Shown: piece after piece, positions 16,474 through 24,226 of the stretch | Layout: each line of letters starts with the position of its first letter | Position numbering within the stretch: the stretch's first letter is position 1 | Assembly (NCBI GenBank): GCA_964545955.1 | Contig: CAZJIN010000001.1 | Coordinates: 1 to 29,063, forward strand | Length of the DNA stretch: 29,063 bases | Reading direction: 5' to 3' | Source of the DNA: an uncultured Sediminispirochaeta sp. | GTDB lineage: Bacteria; Spirochaetota; Spirochaetia; DSM-16054; Sediminispirochaetaceae | The notes under the pieces: generated by a model | Databases searched by the model: none | What the model was told of the DNA's origin: nothing | Seen by the model: only the letters and a program-made list of their open reading frames with translations | Position numbers and translations under genes: made by a program

Positions 16474-17384
16474 TGACCAGAGGCAGCATACGTTTTACCA
16501 TCTGTACCCCCCTCCCCGAGTCGGTGGAAGCCCTCAGCCGCCTGTGGGCGAGTCTGAAAGAGCAGACCCTTCGCGATTTTGAATGGGTGGTGGTCTGTCA
16601 AGAGACGGGGGTGGGCCCCTGCTCCGCCGTGGAAGATCTTGCCCGGGAGGCGGATTTTGTAGTTCGTTCCGTGGTTTCAAAAAAAAGGGAACGGGCGGCG
16701 GCGATCAACAAAGGTGTGAACACGGCGGAGGGTGAGTTTTTTCTCATCCTCGATACCGACGGACAACCGGCTCCGGAGGCACTGGAAAAAATGGCGGCCC
16801 ACTGGGAAGCTATACCGGAGGAGGAGAGGGGATTCTTCATCTCGGTGACGGGCCTGGCGGCGTTGCGGACGGGTGAAGTCTACGGGACGACTTTTCCCTC
16901 CTCTCCTTTTGATTCGAACAGTATTGAGACTACCTCTCATTACGGGGTTTCCGGGCGGAAGTGGGGTTTCCTGCGGACGGAGGTGCTGCGGCAGGGGCTT
17001 TTTCCCGTATTCGAGGGGGAGGAGTTTGTACCGGAACAACTGGTCCTGAACAGGCTGGGGATCAGGGCGATCACCCGGTATGTGAATGATATATTTCTTA
17101 TACTCGATATTGAAAAAAAAACCGACCCCATCGAGGAGTTGCGGCGGTGGGTGGAGAGCCCAAAGGCCTCCGCGACCTTTTACAACGAATTTTCGGCACA
17201 ACGGGCCCCCCTGGTCCACCGGATTAAGAGCTGCGCTAACTACGTGCGGTTTTCCCTCCATGCCGGAGTCATTCCGGATGATATTTTTAAATCCGCTCAA
17301 AAACGGTTGATCACCTTCTTCATGCTGTGGCCCGGGGTCTTCCTGTACCGTCGTGACCTTCGACGGATGTCGAAGGCCGAATAA
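16473..17384 (+). CDS. Glycosyltransferase family 2 (GT-A) homolog with degenerate donor-binding motifs
   Basis: SLKEQTLRDFEWVVV, AINKGVNTAEGEFFLILDTD, FPVFEGEEFVPE. Confidence 0.75.
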   Translation: MTRGSIRFTICTPLPESVEALSRLWASLKEQTLRDFEWVVVCQETGVGPCSAVEDLAREADFVVRSVVSKKRERAAAINKGVNTAEGEFFLILDTDGQPAPEALEKMAAHWEAIPEEERGFFISVTGLAALRTGEVYGTTFPSSPFDSNSIETTSHYGVSGRKWGFLRTEVLRQGLFPVFEGEEFVPEQLVLNRLGIRAITRYVNDIFLILDIEKKTDPIEELRRWVESPKASATFYNEFSAQRAPLVHRIKSCANYVRFSLHAGVIPDDIFKSAQKRLITFFMLWPGVFLYRRDLRRMSKAE

Positions 17385-17457
17385 TAGTTCTCCTTCCATT
17401 TTGTAAAAATCCCGAATGTTAGTACATTGTAATAAGTTCATTCAAGGAGGATTAAGT

Positions 17458-17823
17458 ATGGCTGATTTTCATGAATCCATTGATCTATTGTCGTCGGATG
17501 CAAAAAATTATTCCCGGGCTCTCAAAAGTCTGAAGGAAGAAGTAGAGGCTATTGACTGGTACAACCAGCGGGTGGATGTCTCAGATGACCCGGCCCTTGC
17601 GGCAATCATGGCCCACAACCGTGATGAGGAGATTGAGCACGCCTGCATGGCCCTGGAGTGGCTTCGCCGCAACATGCCCGAATGGGATGAGGCGTTGAAG
17701 ACTTTTTTATTCACCACTGGAGATATCACCGAACTCGAGGAGGCCTCAGAGGGAAGTGAAGGGGGAGGTACTTCCGCGGGGAGCGGAGAAAACTCAAGCC
17801 TTGGAATCGGCGGAAAAAGCTAA
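17458..17823 (+). CDS. Encapsulin-associated ferritin-like protein (EncFtn/Flp cargo)
   Basis: EEVEAIDWYNQR and HNRDEEIEHA ferroxidase motifs; Gly/Ser/Glu linker; C-terminal SLGIG cargo-loading peptide; SD AGGAGG. Confidence 0.93.
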   Translation: MADFHESIDLLSSDAKNYSRALKSLKEEVEAIDWYNQRVDVSDDPALAAIMAHNRDEEIEHACMALEWLRRNMPEWDEALKTFLFTTGDITELEEASEGSEGGGTSAGSGENSSLGIGGKS

Positions 17824-17839
17824 GAAGGAGTAGATGAGT

Positions 17840-18631
17840 ATGGATATATTAAGAAGGAATTTAGCACCAATTTCAGACCGTGCGTGGGACGAAATTGACG
17901 AACTGGCCAGGACATATCTGAGGAATTCCCTGTCCGCCCGTTTTATGGTGGATGTGTCGGTATCCGGGAGCTGGGACCGGCAGGTTTTGACAGGAGGTCG
18001 GTTGAAGGACATAAAGGAGAAGGGGAAGGTTTCCTATGGGCTGTATGACGTGAAGCCCCTTCTGGAGTTGAGAATTCCCTTTGAACTTGATGTGTGGGAG
18101 ATGGATAACGCGGTGAGGGGATCGCGGGACGTGGATCTTGCCCCCGTCGAAGAGGCCGCTGAGGCGCTTGCAGGTTTTGAGGACAGGGCGTTATTCGAGG
18201 GTTTGAAGGATGCCGGGATTAACGGCTTATTCGAGGCGGCAGCGAACAGGGGAAAGATCGAGTTTCCCGGTGAACAGGGAAAGATTGCCGGTGCCGTATC
18301 CGCGGGTATTGCCGAGTTGATTAGAAATGGTATTGAAGGCCCCTGCAATCTCGCCGTTCCCATGGAAGTATGGCAGAACATCAAAAGCTTCGCGGGGGGT
18401 ATGCCCCTGGAACAACATCTGGAGAAACTTCTTGGGGGTGCGATTATTCCTTCACGACATCTGCAGAAGCCCCTGCTGCTCTCAGCTCGGGGCGGTGACT
18501 TCGAGATGAGTATCGGACAGGATATATCGATCGGGTATTCCTCCCATAGCACCAGGACTGTTTCACTCTATTTCACAGAATCCTTCACCTTCCAGGTCTT
18601 CGAACCACGGGCTTTACTGGTGTACAAGTAG
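17840..18631 (+). CDS. Family 1 encapsulin shell protein (Linocin M18-like)
   Basis: MDILRRNLAPISDRAWDEI, PLLELRIPFELDVWEMDNA, EDRALFEG, RGGDFEMSIGQDISIGY, LYFTESFTF. Alternative start at 17834. Confidence 0.95.
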   Translation: MDILRRNLAPISDRAWDEIDELARTYLRNSLSARFMVDVSVSGSWDRQVLTGGRLKDIKEKGKVSYGLYDVKPLLELRIPFELDVWEMDNAVRGSRDVDLAPVEEAAEALAGFEDRALFEGLKDAGINGLFEAAANRGKIEFPGEQGKIAGAVSAGIAELIRNGIEGPCNLAVPMEVWQNIKSFAGGMPLEQHLEKLLGGAIIPSRHLQKPLLLSARGGDFEMSIGQDISIGYSSHSTRTVSLYFTESFTFQVFEPRALLVYK

Positions 18632-18638
18632 GCGTTTT

Positions 18639-18693
18639 AAAAAGCAGCCGTTCCGCTCAGGTTAACGTGTAACCTGAAGCAGGACGGCTTTTT
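18639..18693. terminator. Bidirectional terminator-like hairpin between convergent operons
   Basis: AAAAAGCAGCCGTTCCGCT-CAGGTTA-acgtg-TAACCTG-AAGCAGGACGGCTTTTT, with A-tract and T-tract flanks. Confidence 0.75.
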
Positions 18694-18757
18694 ATGGAAA
18701 ACAATTTTTTGTGCTGATTTTCAGATTTGAACTTCAGCGCCACCCTTCTTTTCCGGC

Positions 18758-18799
18758 CCCAAGACTGAAGGCCCGAGACCGAAGTCCCGAGACCGGAGT
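18758..18799. repeat. Three degenerate 14-bp tandem units
   Basis: CCCAAGACTGAAGG / CCCGAGACCGAAGT / CCCGAGACCGGAGT. Confidence 0.7.
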
Positions 18800-18816
18800 A
18801 TCGATGGCTTCGAGGT

Positions 18817-20076
18817 TTATGCCCTGGCCCCTTCCTTCTCAGCTACCAGTTCCTGAAGCTGCTTCTTGACCGCGGGAACGGAACAATCGGTGCTGATCGA
18901 TGCCACCTCACCGTCGATGGTGTAAAATATGGTCATCGGTTCTACATCACAGCTCAAGCGGTCGCAGAGGGATTTGCCCTTGTACAGGTCGATTACATTG
19001 AGTTTAACCTGGTCCTCGTGTTCCTTCTCGATCTCCTGGAGGGTGGGCAGAAGCTCACGGCTCGGGGCGTCGATGGCGGAATAGATATAGATCATGCCGA
19101 TTTTGTCCTTCTGCATGATCTGGTTCTCGAAAACCTCTTCTTCGGCAATACACTTCTCGGCGTTCACGCCGGCGATGGCTCCGTCACCGACGGCTGTCGC
19201 GACCTGTTTGAGGCCCTTTTCACGGACGTCGCCACAGGCGTAGACTCCCGGAATTCCGGTTTCCATCTCCTCGTTGGTGATCACATAGCCCTGTTTGCTC
19301 AGGTTGAGGATCCCCTTGAAGATTTCGGTATTGGGTTCGTAGCCGATGAACTCAAAACAGGTGTCGACCGTAACAGGATCAAGTTCGCCGGTCTTAAGGT
19401 TCTTCAGAACCACCGTATCCAGATGCTCTTCACCCTCGAAGGAATCCACGACGGTGTTCCATTTGAACTCCATCTTCGGGTGGTTGAGGGCCTGGTCCTT
19501 GGCAATTTCATTGCAGTCCATCTTGCCGGTGTCGTGGATGACCGATACGATCACCTTTTTGGCAAATTTGGCCAGGAACATTCCTTCTTCGATAGCGGCG
19601 TCGCCGCTCCCTATGACCATGACGGTCTTGTCGGTGTTAGCGGCGGCGTCACAGGTGGCGCAGAAGGAGATGCCCTTGTCGAAGAGGTATTTTTCTTCGT
19701 TCTTTGCCTTCGTGATTCTGGGGCGACCCCCTGATGCCACAATGACGGTTTTAGCCTCGTAGATATTTCGGAAAGTTTCTACGGTTTTTTTCTCCGATTT
19801 GAAATCGACGGTTTTTACATCGGTCAACTTGAAGGTCACTCCGAATTTTTCCGCCTGTTTCTTAAACAGGTCCATGAGGGCCAGGCCGCCGGTCCCTTCC
19901 GGGAAGCCGGGAAAGTTTTCAATCTCGTTGGTATAGGTAGCCAGGCCTCCGACGAGGGCCTTTTCAATGATAAGTGTTTTTAGCCTGGCACGACCGCAGT
20001 AGATCCCGGCCGTTAGGCCGGCTGCGCCTCCGCCGATAATCACTACATCGTATTCTTCACGTTTTTTCTCACGCAT
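18817..20076 (-). CDS. trxB: Thioredoxin reductase-like flavoprotein with a C-terminal thioredoxin-like extension
   Basis: IIGGGAAGLTAG, GISFCATCD (CxxC), VIGSGDAAIEEG, TGIPGVYACGDV, KQVATAVGDGAIA, plus about 100 extra C-terminal residues. Confidence 0.85.
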   Translation of the reverse strand: MREKKREEYDVVIIGGGAAGLTAGIYCGRARLKTLIIEKALVGGLATYTNEIENFPGFPEGTGGLALMDLFKKQAEKFGVTFKLTDVKTVDFKSEKKTVETFRNIYEAKTVIVASGGRPRITKAKNEEKYLFDKGISFCATCDAAANTDKTVMVIGSGDAAIEEGMFLAKFAKKVIVSVIHDTGKMDCNEIAKDQALNHPKMEFKWNTVVDSFEGEEHLDTVVLKNLKTGELDPVTVDTCFEFIGYEPNTEIFKGILNLSKQGYVITNEEMETGIPGVYACGDVREKGLKQVATAVGDGAIAGVNAEKCIAEEEVFENQIMQKDKIGMIYIYSAIDAPSRELLPTLQEIEKEHEDQVKLNVIDLYKGKSLCDRLSCDVEPMTIFYTIDGEVASISTDCSVPAVKKQLQELVAEKEGARA

Positions 20077-20119
20077 GTATAAAAATCCTCCTGAATTAGT
20101 CTTTTTTTTAAAAAATATC

Positions 20120-20653
20120 CTACATAAAATACTTTACCAGCAGCTTGCTTCCCACGATTGCCCCGAGGAAGATGAATACTCCGAATACCCATCCCGAAAG
20201 GGAGAAAGAAGCGATACCGCTGTAGAGAGCTCCGATGTTACACCCGTAACCGATCCGGGCTCCGTAGCCCATCAGAAGTCCGCCGAGAATCGCGGCTATG
20301 ACCTGCTTCATGGACTTGATCTTCTTGAGCTTGAATCCCGAAGCAAGCAAGACCGCCACCAGAGCGCCGAAAATGATACCTATATTACGAATACTCCCAC
20401 CGTGGTTCAAAACACCGCCCTCAAGGGTCCTCTGAGCGCCTTCACTGGAGAAGTAGTACCACTTGTCCACGCTGCCGCCGAAGGCCTCGAAGATCCATGC
20501 GCCCCAGTTGGCCAGGACTCCGGAAACACCCCAAGGGCTACCGGTGGTGACCAGGGTAACGATCTGAAATACGGAGAGTAGAACAGCCCCGGTCAAATAC
20601 GGCCAGGCACCTTTGATCCACTCTTTGTAATATTTATTGTCTTTAATACCCAA
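20120..20653 (-). CDS. YeeE/YedE thiosulfate-transporter family protein, C-terminal-half type
   Basis: TTG start with SD GGAGG; SPWGVSG, GIIFGALVA, GGLLMGYGARIGYGCNIGALYSG. Confidence 0.85.
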   Translation of the reverse strand: MGIKDNKYYKEWIKGAWPYLTGAVLLSVFQIVTLVTTGSPWGVSGVLANWGAWIFEAFGGSVDKWYYFSSEGAQRTLEGGVLNHGGSIRNIGIIFGALVAVLLASGFKLKKIKSMKQVIAAILGGLLMGYGARIGYGCNIGALYSGIASFSLSGWVFGVFIFLGAIVGSKLLVKYFM

Positions 20654-20672
20654 AACGGTTGCCTCCGTATGA

Positions 20673-20900
20673 TTATTTCGCTTTTTCTATGATGACTTCC
20701 CATTCGCCGTCGTCGACTTCTTCGACTTCGACGTTGTGACCCTCTTTGCGGGCCCATTCGGGAACGTTTTTCATCGCGCAACTGTGGTCAATCTGTACGA
20801 TCAGTACATCACCGACTTCCATTTCTTTGAGTTTGTTCTGTGCCTTTACGAGAGGTACCGGACAGGCTTCCCCATAACAGTCAAGTTCTATTTCTTTCAT
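20673..20900 (-). CDS. TusA/SirA-family sulfur carrier (YeeD/YedF-like), copy 2
   Basis: LDCYGEACPVP (CPxP), IDHSCAMKNVPEWARKEGH. Confidence 0.92.
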   Translation of the reverse strand: MKEIELDCYGEACPVPLVKAQNKLKEMEVGDVLIVQIDHSCAMKNVPEWARKEGHNVEVEEVDDGEWEVIIEKAK

Positions 20901-20928
20901 ATTTCTATTCCTTCCTTTTTTAGTGTGC

Positions 20929-21156
20929 CTATTTCGCTTTTTCTATGATGACTTCCCATTCGCCGTCGTCGATTTCTTCGACTTCAACGTTGTGTCCCTC
21001 TTTGCGGGCCCATTCGGGAACGTTTTTCATCGCGCAACTGTGGTCAATCTGTACGATCAGTACATCACCGACTTCCATTTCTTTGAGTTTGTTCTGTGCC
21101 TTTACGAGAGGTACCGGACAGGCTTCCCCATAACAGTCAAGTTCTACTTCCTTCAT
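20929..21156 (-). CDS. TusA/SirA-family sulfur carrier (YeeD/YedF-like), copy 1
   Basis: Same motifs; 222/228 nt identical to copy 2. Confidence 0.92.
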   Translation of the reverse strand: MKEVELDCYGEACPVPLVKAQNKLKEMEVGDVLIVQIDHSCAMKNVPEWARKEGHNVEVEEIDDGEWEVIIEKAK

Positions 21157-21168
21157 TCTGGTATCTCC

Positions 21169-21879
21169 TTATGCTTCTTTTTCTTTACGGTCGGCCCATT
21201 TGTCCGCTGCAATCCAAAGCAGCGCGATAATGAGCAATTGAATGATAACTGCGCCGATCCATCCGAACAGATCGGGCAGAAAAACGGCTTTTCCCTTCAA
21301 TATCACATTGAGCTTCCACCACCCAAAATCGTGGGCGCCCCACAGTGATCCTACGACAAAGAAGAAGAGTGAGAGGATCTGCATGGTAAATCCCTCACCG
21401 ACTCTCATCAGTGTTCCCGAGGCACATCCACCGGAGATTACCATTCCGATACCGAACATAAATGCTCCAATAGCGGTGGCGAGACTCACCGGTACCACAT
21501 ATCCCTGTCCGGGAAGGGGAAGTCCTCGCAAGTAGGCACCGTATTTGACGGCGATGAAACCGATCGATGTGATCGCAAAAGCCGTGAGAACGGCCTTCGT
21601 GAGATTTGTACCACCGGTCAAATATGGATCCCGCATCGCTGCGGTGAAACAGAATCGTGCGTGCTGCAGAATATATCCGAAGGCAAGCCCGGTGATCCAG
21701 AACAGTACCAACTGCTCATTGCGGGTTCCAAGGTAAATCCCGATCGCCACTATAAGTACGAGCAGTGCTACACCAAAGGGTAGCTGGTTCTTTTTCTTCT
21801 TTCGGCTTCTCGAACGGGATGAACGGCGAATGCTGCTCCCGCCGGAAGACACGGTTGTACCTGAATTTACGTCACTCAA
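21169..21879 (-). CDS. YeeE/YedE thiosulfate-transporter family protein, N-terminal-half type
   Basis: TTG start; GLAFGYILQHARFCF, GAFMFGIGMVISGGCASGTLMRVGEG. Confidence 0.88.
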   Translation of the reverse strand: MSDVNSGTTVSSGGSSIRRSSRSRSRKKKKNQLPFGVALLVLIVAIGIYLGTRNEQLVLFWITGLAFGYILQHARFCFTAAMRDPYLTGGTNLTKAVLTAFAITSIGFIAVKYGAYLRGLPLPGQGYVVPVSLATAIGAFMFGIGMVISGGCASGTLMRVGEGFTMQILSLFFFVVGSLWGAHDFGWWKLNVILKGKAVFLPDLFGWIGAVIIQLLIIALLWIAADKWADRKEKEA

Positions 21880-21899
21880 GGTTGTATAACCCCCTTTTT

Positions 21900-22125
21900 T
21901 AGAGTTTATTTACACCCTTAATATACAATATTACGAAATATTTCTCAATAAAAATATATAAGAATATTTTTATTTTTTGTAAAGTGAATATAACCACTAT
22001 TCTATTCACGATTTTTGTTATAGACGTAAAAAGATAGGGAGTATGCTGAAGTTCCGCGCAAGGTGGTTCGTATTTTGACGGATACAGTTGCTCTTTTTTT
22101 GCTCTGATTCTAAAATAGCGGTATG
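21900..22125. promoter_or_regulatory. AT-rich divergent control region with inverted repeats
   Basis: AATAAAAATAT-N6-ATATTTTTATT (21947-21974), GAAATATTTC palindrome (21935-21944), GTGAATA-N12-TATTCAC (21984-22009). Confidence 0.55.
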
Positions 22126-22150
22126 ATCAAACCGTGGAGGAAGGAAAGAA

Positions 22151-23110
22151 ATGAACCATTTTCCCGATAGAGATACACTCCTGGCTGCCTTTCAGAGAGT
22201 GCGACCCCATGCGCGACGGACCCCGGTACTGACCTCAACGACCTTTGACGATATGACCGGGGGGCGGCTTTTTTTCAAATGTGAGAATTTTCAGAAGGGC
22301 GGGGCTTTCAAATTCCGCGGAGCGGTGAACTCGGTGTTCTCCCTGACCGACGAACAGGCGGGCCGAGGGGTTGCGACCCACTCGTCGGGCAATCATGCCC
22401 AGGCGGTCGCCCTGGCGGCCCGAATGAGGGGGATTCCCGCCGTCATCGTGATGCCTGAGAATGCCCCTCAGGTGAAGGTAAACGCCGTGAAGGGCTATGG
22501 TGCGGAGGTTGTTTTCTGCCCTTCCACTCTGAAAGACCGCGAGGAGAGTCTACGTAAGGTCGTGGACCGGACGGGGGCGGAGTTTATTCATCCTTCCAAT
22601 GATCTGAGGGTGATCGCGGGGCAATCGACTGCGACCATCGAACTGCTTGAAGAGGTGGGAGATCTCGATATAGTCCTTGGACCTGTAGGGGGTGGCGGCC
22701 TCATGAGCGGTACTTCCCTGGCGGTGCGGCACTTCGGCAAGGGACAGAAGGTGATAGGTTGTGAGCCCGCCGCGGCGGATGACGCGTATCGCTCCTTTCA
22801 AGGGGGGCGTCTCGTGTTTCCGGAGCATCCCGATACGGTGGCCGACGGTTTGAGGACCTCCTTGGGATCGAACACCTTTCCCATCCTGTGTGAAAATATG
22901 ACCGATATAGTGCTGGTGGAGGAAGATCAGATCATCGACGCGATGAAACTGGTATGGGAACGGATGAAGATCGTGATTGAACCTTCGTCCGCGGTACCGG
23001 TGGCGGCGGTCCTGAAGGGAATTGTCAATGTGAAAGACTTGAAGGCGGGGATTATTCTATCCGGTGGCAACGTGGACCTGGATGCCCTGCCCTGGTATAA
23101 GGAGCGATAG
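22151..23110 (+). CDS. PLP fold-type II serine/threonine dehydratase-racemase family enzyme
   Basis: KCENFQKGGAFKFRGA (PLP Lys), SSGNHAQA, GGGGLMSG, ADGL, EPSSA, SGGN. Confidence 0.9.
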   Translation: MNHFPDRDTLLAAFQRVRPHARRTPVLTSTTFDDMTGGRLFFKCENFQKGGAFKFRGAVNSVFSLTDEQAGRGVATHSSGNHAQAVALAARMRGIPAVIVMPENAPQVKVNAVKGYGAEVVFCPSTLKDREESLRKVVDRTGAEFIHPSNDLRVIAGQSTATIELLEEVGDLDIVLGPVGGGGLMSGTSLAVRHFGKGQKVIGCEPAAADDAYRSFQGGRLVFPEHPDTVADGLRTSLGSNTFPILCENMTDIVLVEEDQIIDAMKLVWERMKIVIEPSSAVPVAAVLKGIVNVKDLKAGIILSGGNVDLDALPWYKER

Positions 23111-24226
23111 ATGGCTTGGACTACACAGATAAGGAGACCCACTCTGGTGATCCGCCCCGACAGGGTCAAGGAAAACATTCGGGTGATGAGGAAGAAGGCC
23201 GAGAGGAGTGGGGTCCTTTTTCGGCCCCATTTCAAAACCCATCAAAGCGCCCTGGTCGGTGAGTGGTACAGGGAACAGGGGGTGAAGTCCATTACAGTTT
23301 CTTCGGTGAAAATGGGTATGTACTTTGCCTCCCATGGGTGGGAGGATATCACCATAGCCTTTCCGGTCAATACCCGGGAGATTGATGATATAAACGACCT
23401 GGCCGGGAGGGTCAAATTGAACCTACTCGTGCTTACCCCTGAGATTGCCGAGCAGCTGAGCCGGGAGCTTGTCAATCCCGTGGGGATCTGGATAAAGGTG
23501 GATACCGGGTACGGACGAACGGGGATACCCTGGGGCAATCGGGAGGCTATAGTCGACCTGAGCAGGAAGATTGAGGAACTTCCCGGTATAGAGTTTCAGG
23601 GGCTCCTCACCCATGCGGGGCACACCTACCATATATACGACGTTGGAGAGAGGACACGGATTTTTAGGGGTATCGCCGATGGGATGGGGCAGCTCCGTGA
23701 CGGCGTACTGGCTGCGGGATTGGAACAATGCCTCATTTCCGTGGGAGACACACCTGGAGCGACTGCCGCTGAAGATTTTTCCGGTGTTGATGAAGTGCGA
23801 CCGGGAAACTTTGTCTATTTTGACGCGCAACAACTGCACCTGGGTTCCTGCGATGAAACTGAAGTCGCGGCGGCAGTGGCCTGCCCTGTTGTGGCAGTCC
23901 ACAAGGACCGCAGCGAACTAATCCTCTATGGAGGGGCTATTCATCTATCCGCCCAACCGGAGGACCACCCCGAAATTGAAGGACAGAGAATGTACGGGTA
24001 CGTGGTTGAAGCCAGTCCCGACGGCTGGGGGGCGGTAGACCGTTACAACTACGTGAAATCGGTGAGCCAGGAGCATGGGGTCGCGCGGGTGGATGCGATG
24101 TTTCTCTCAAAGGTGAAGCCCGGGGATCTGGTCGGCGTGATCCCGGTGCACAGTTGTCTTGCGGTAGATCTCCTGGATCGCGGCATTACCACCGGATCTC
24201 AGTTTTTTGATCTGGATATGGTATGA
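23111..24226 (+). CDS. PLP fold-type III DSD1 / D-threonine aldolase family enzyme
   Basis: RPHFKTH, KVDTGYGRTG, HAGHTY, RPGNFVYFD, SQEHG, PVHSC. Confidence 0.88.
   Translation: MAWTTQIRRPTLVIRPDRVKENIRVMRKKAERSGVLFRPHFKTHQSALVGEWYREQGVKSITVSSVKMGMYFASHGWEDITIAFPVNTREIDDINDLAGRVKLNLLVLTPEIAEQLSRELVNPVGIWIKVDTGYGRTGIPWGNREAIVDLSRKIEELPGIEFQGLLTHAGHTYHIYDVGERTRIFRGIADGMGQLRDGVLAAGLEQCLISVGDTPGATAAEDFSGVDEVRPGNFVYFDAQQLHLGSCDETEVAAAVACPVVAVHKDRSELILYGGAIHLSAQPEDHPEIEGQRMYGYVVEASPDGWGAVDRYNYVKSVSQEHGVARVDAMFLSKVKPGDLVGVIPVHSCLAVDLLDRGITTGSQFFDLDMV

Noticed and set aside
17840-18631. HK97-fold protein as a prophage capsid
   Set aside because: No phage genes nearby; the upstream ferritin with a targeting peptide identifies it as an encapsulin.
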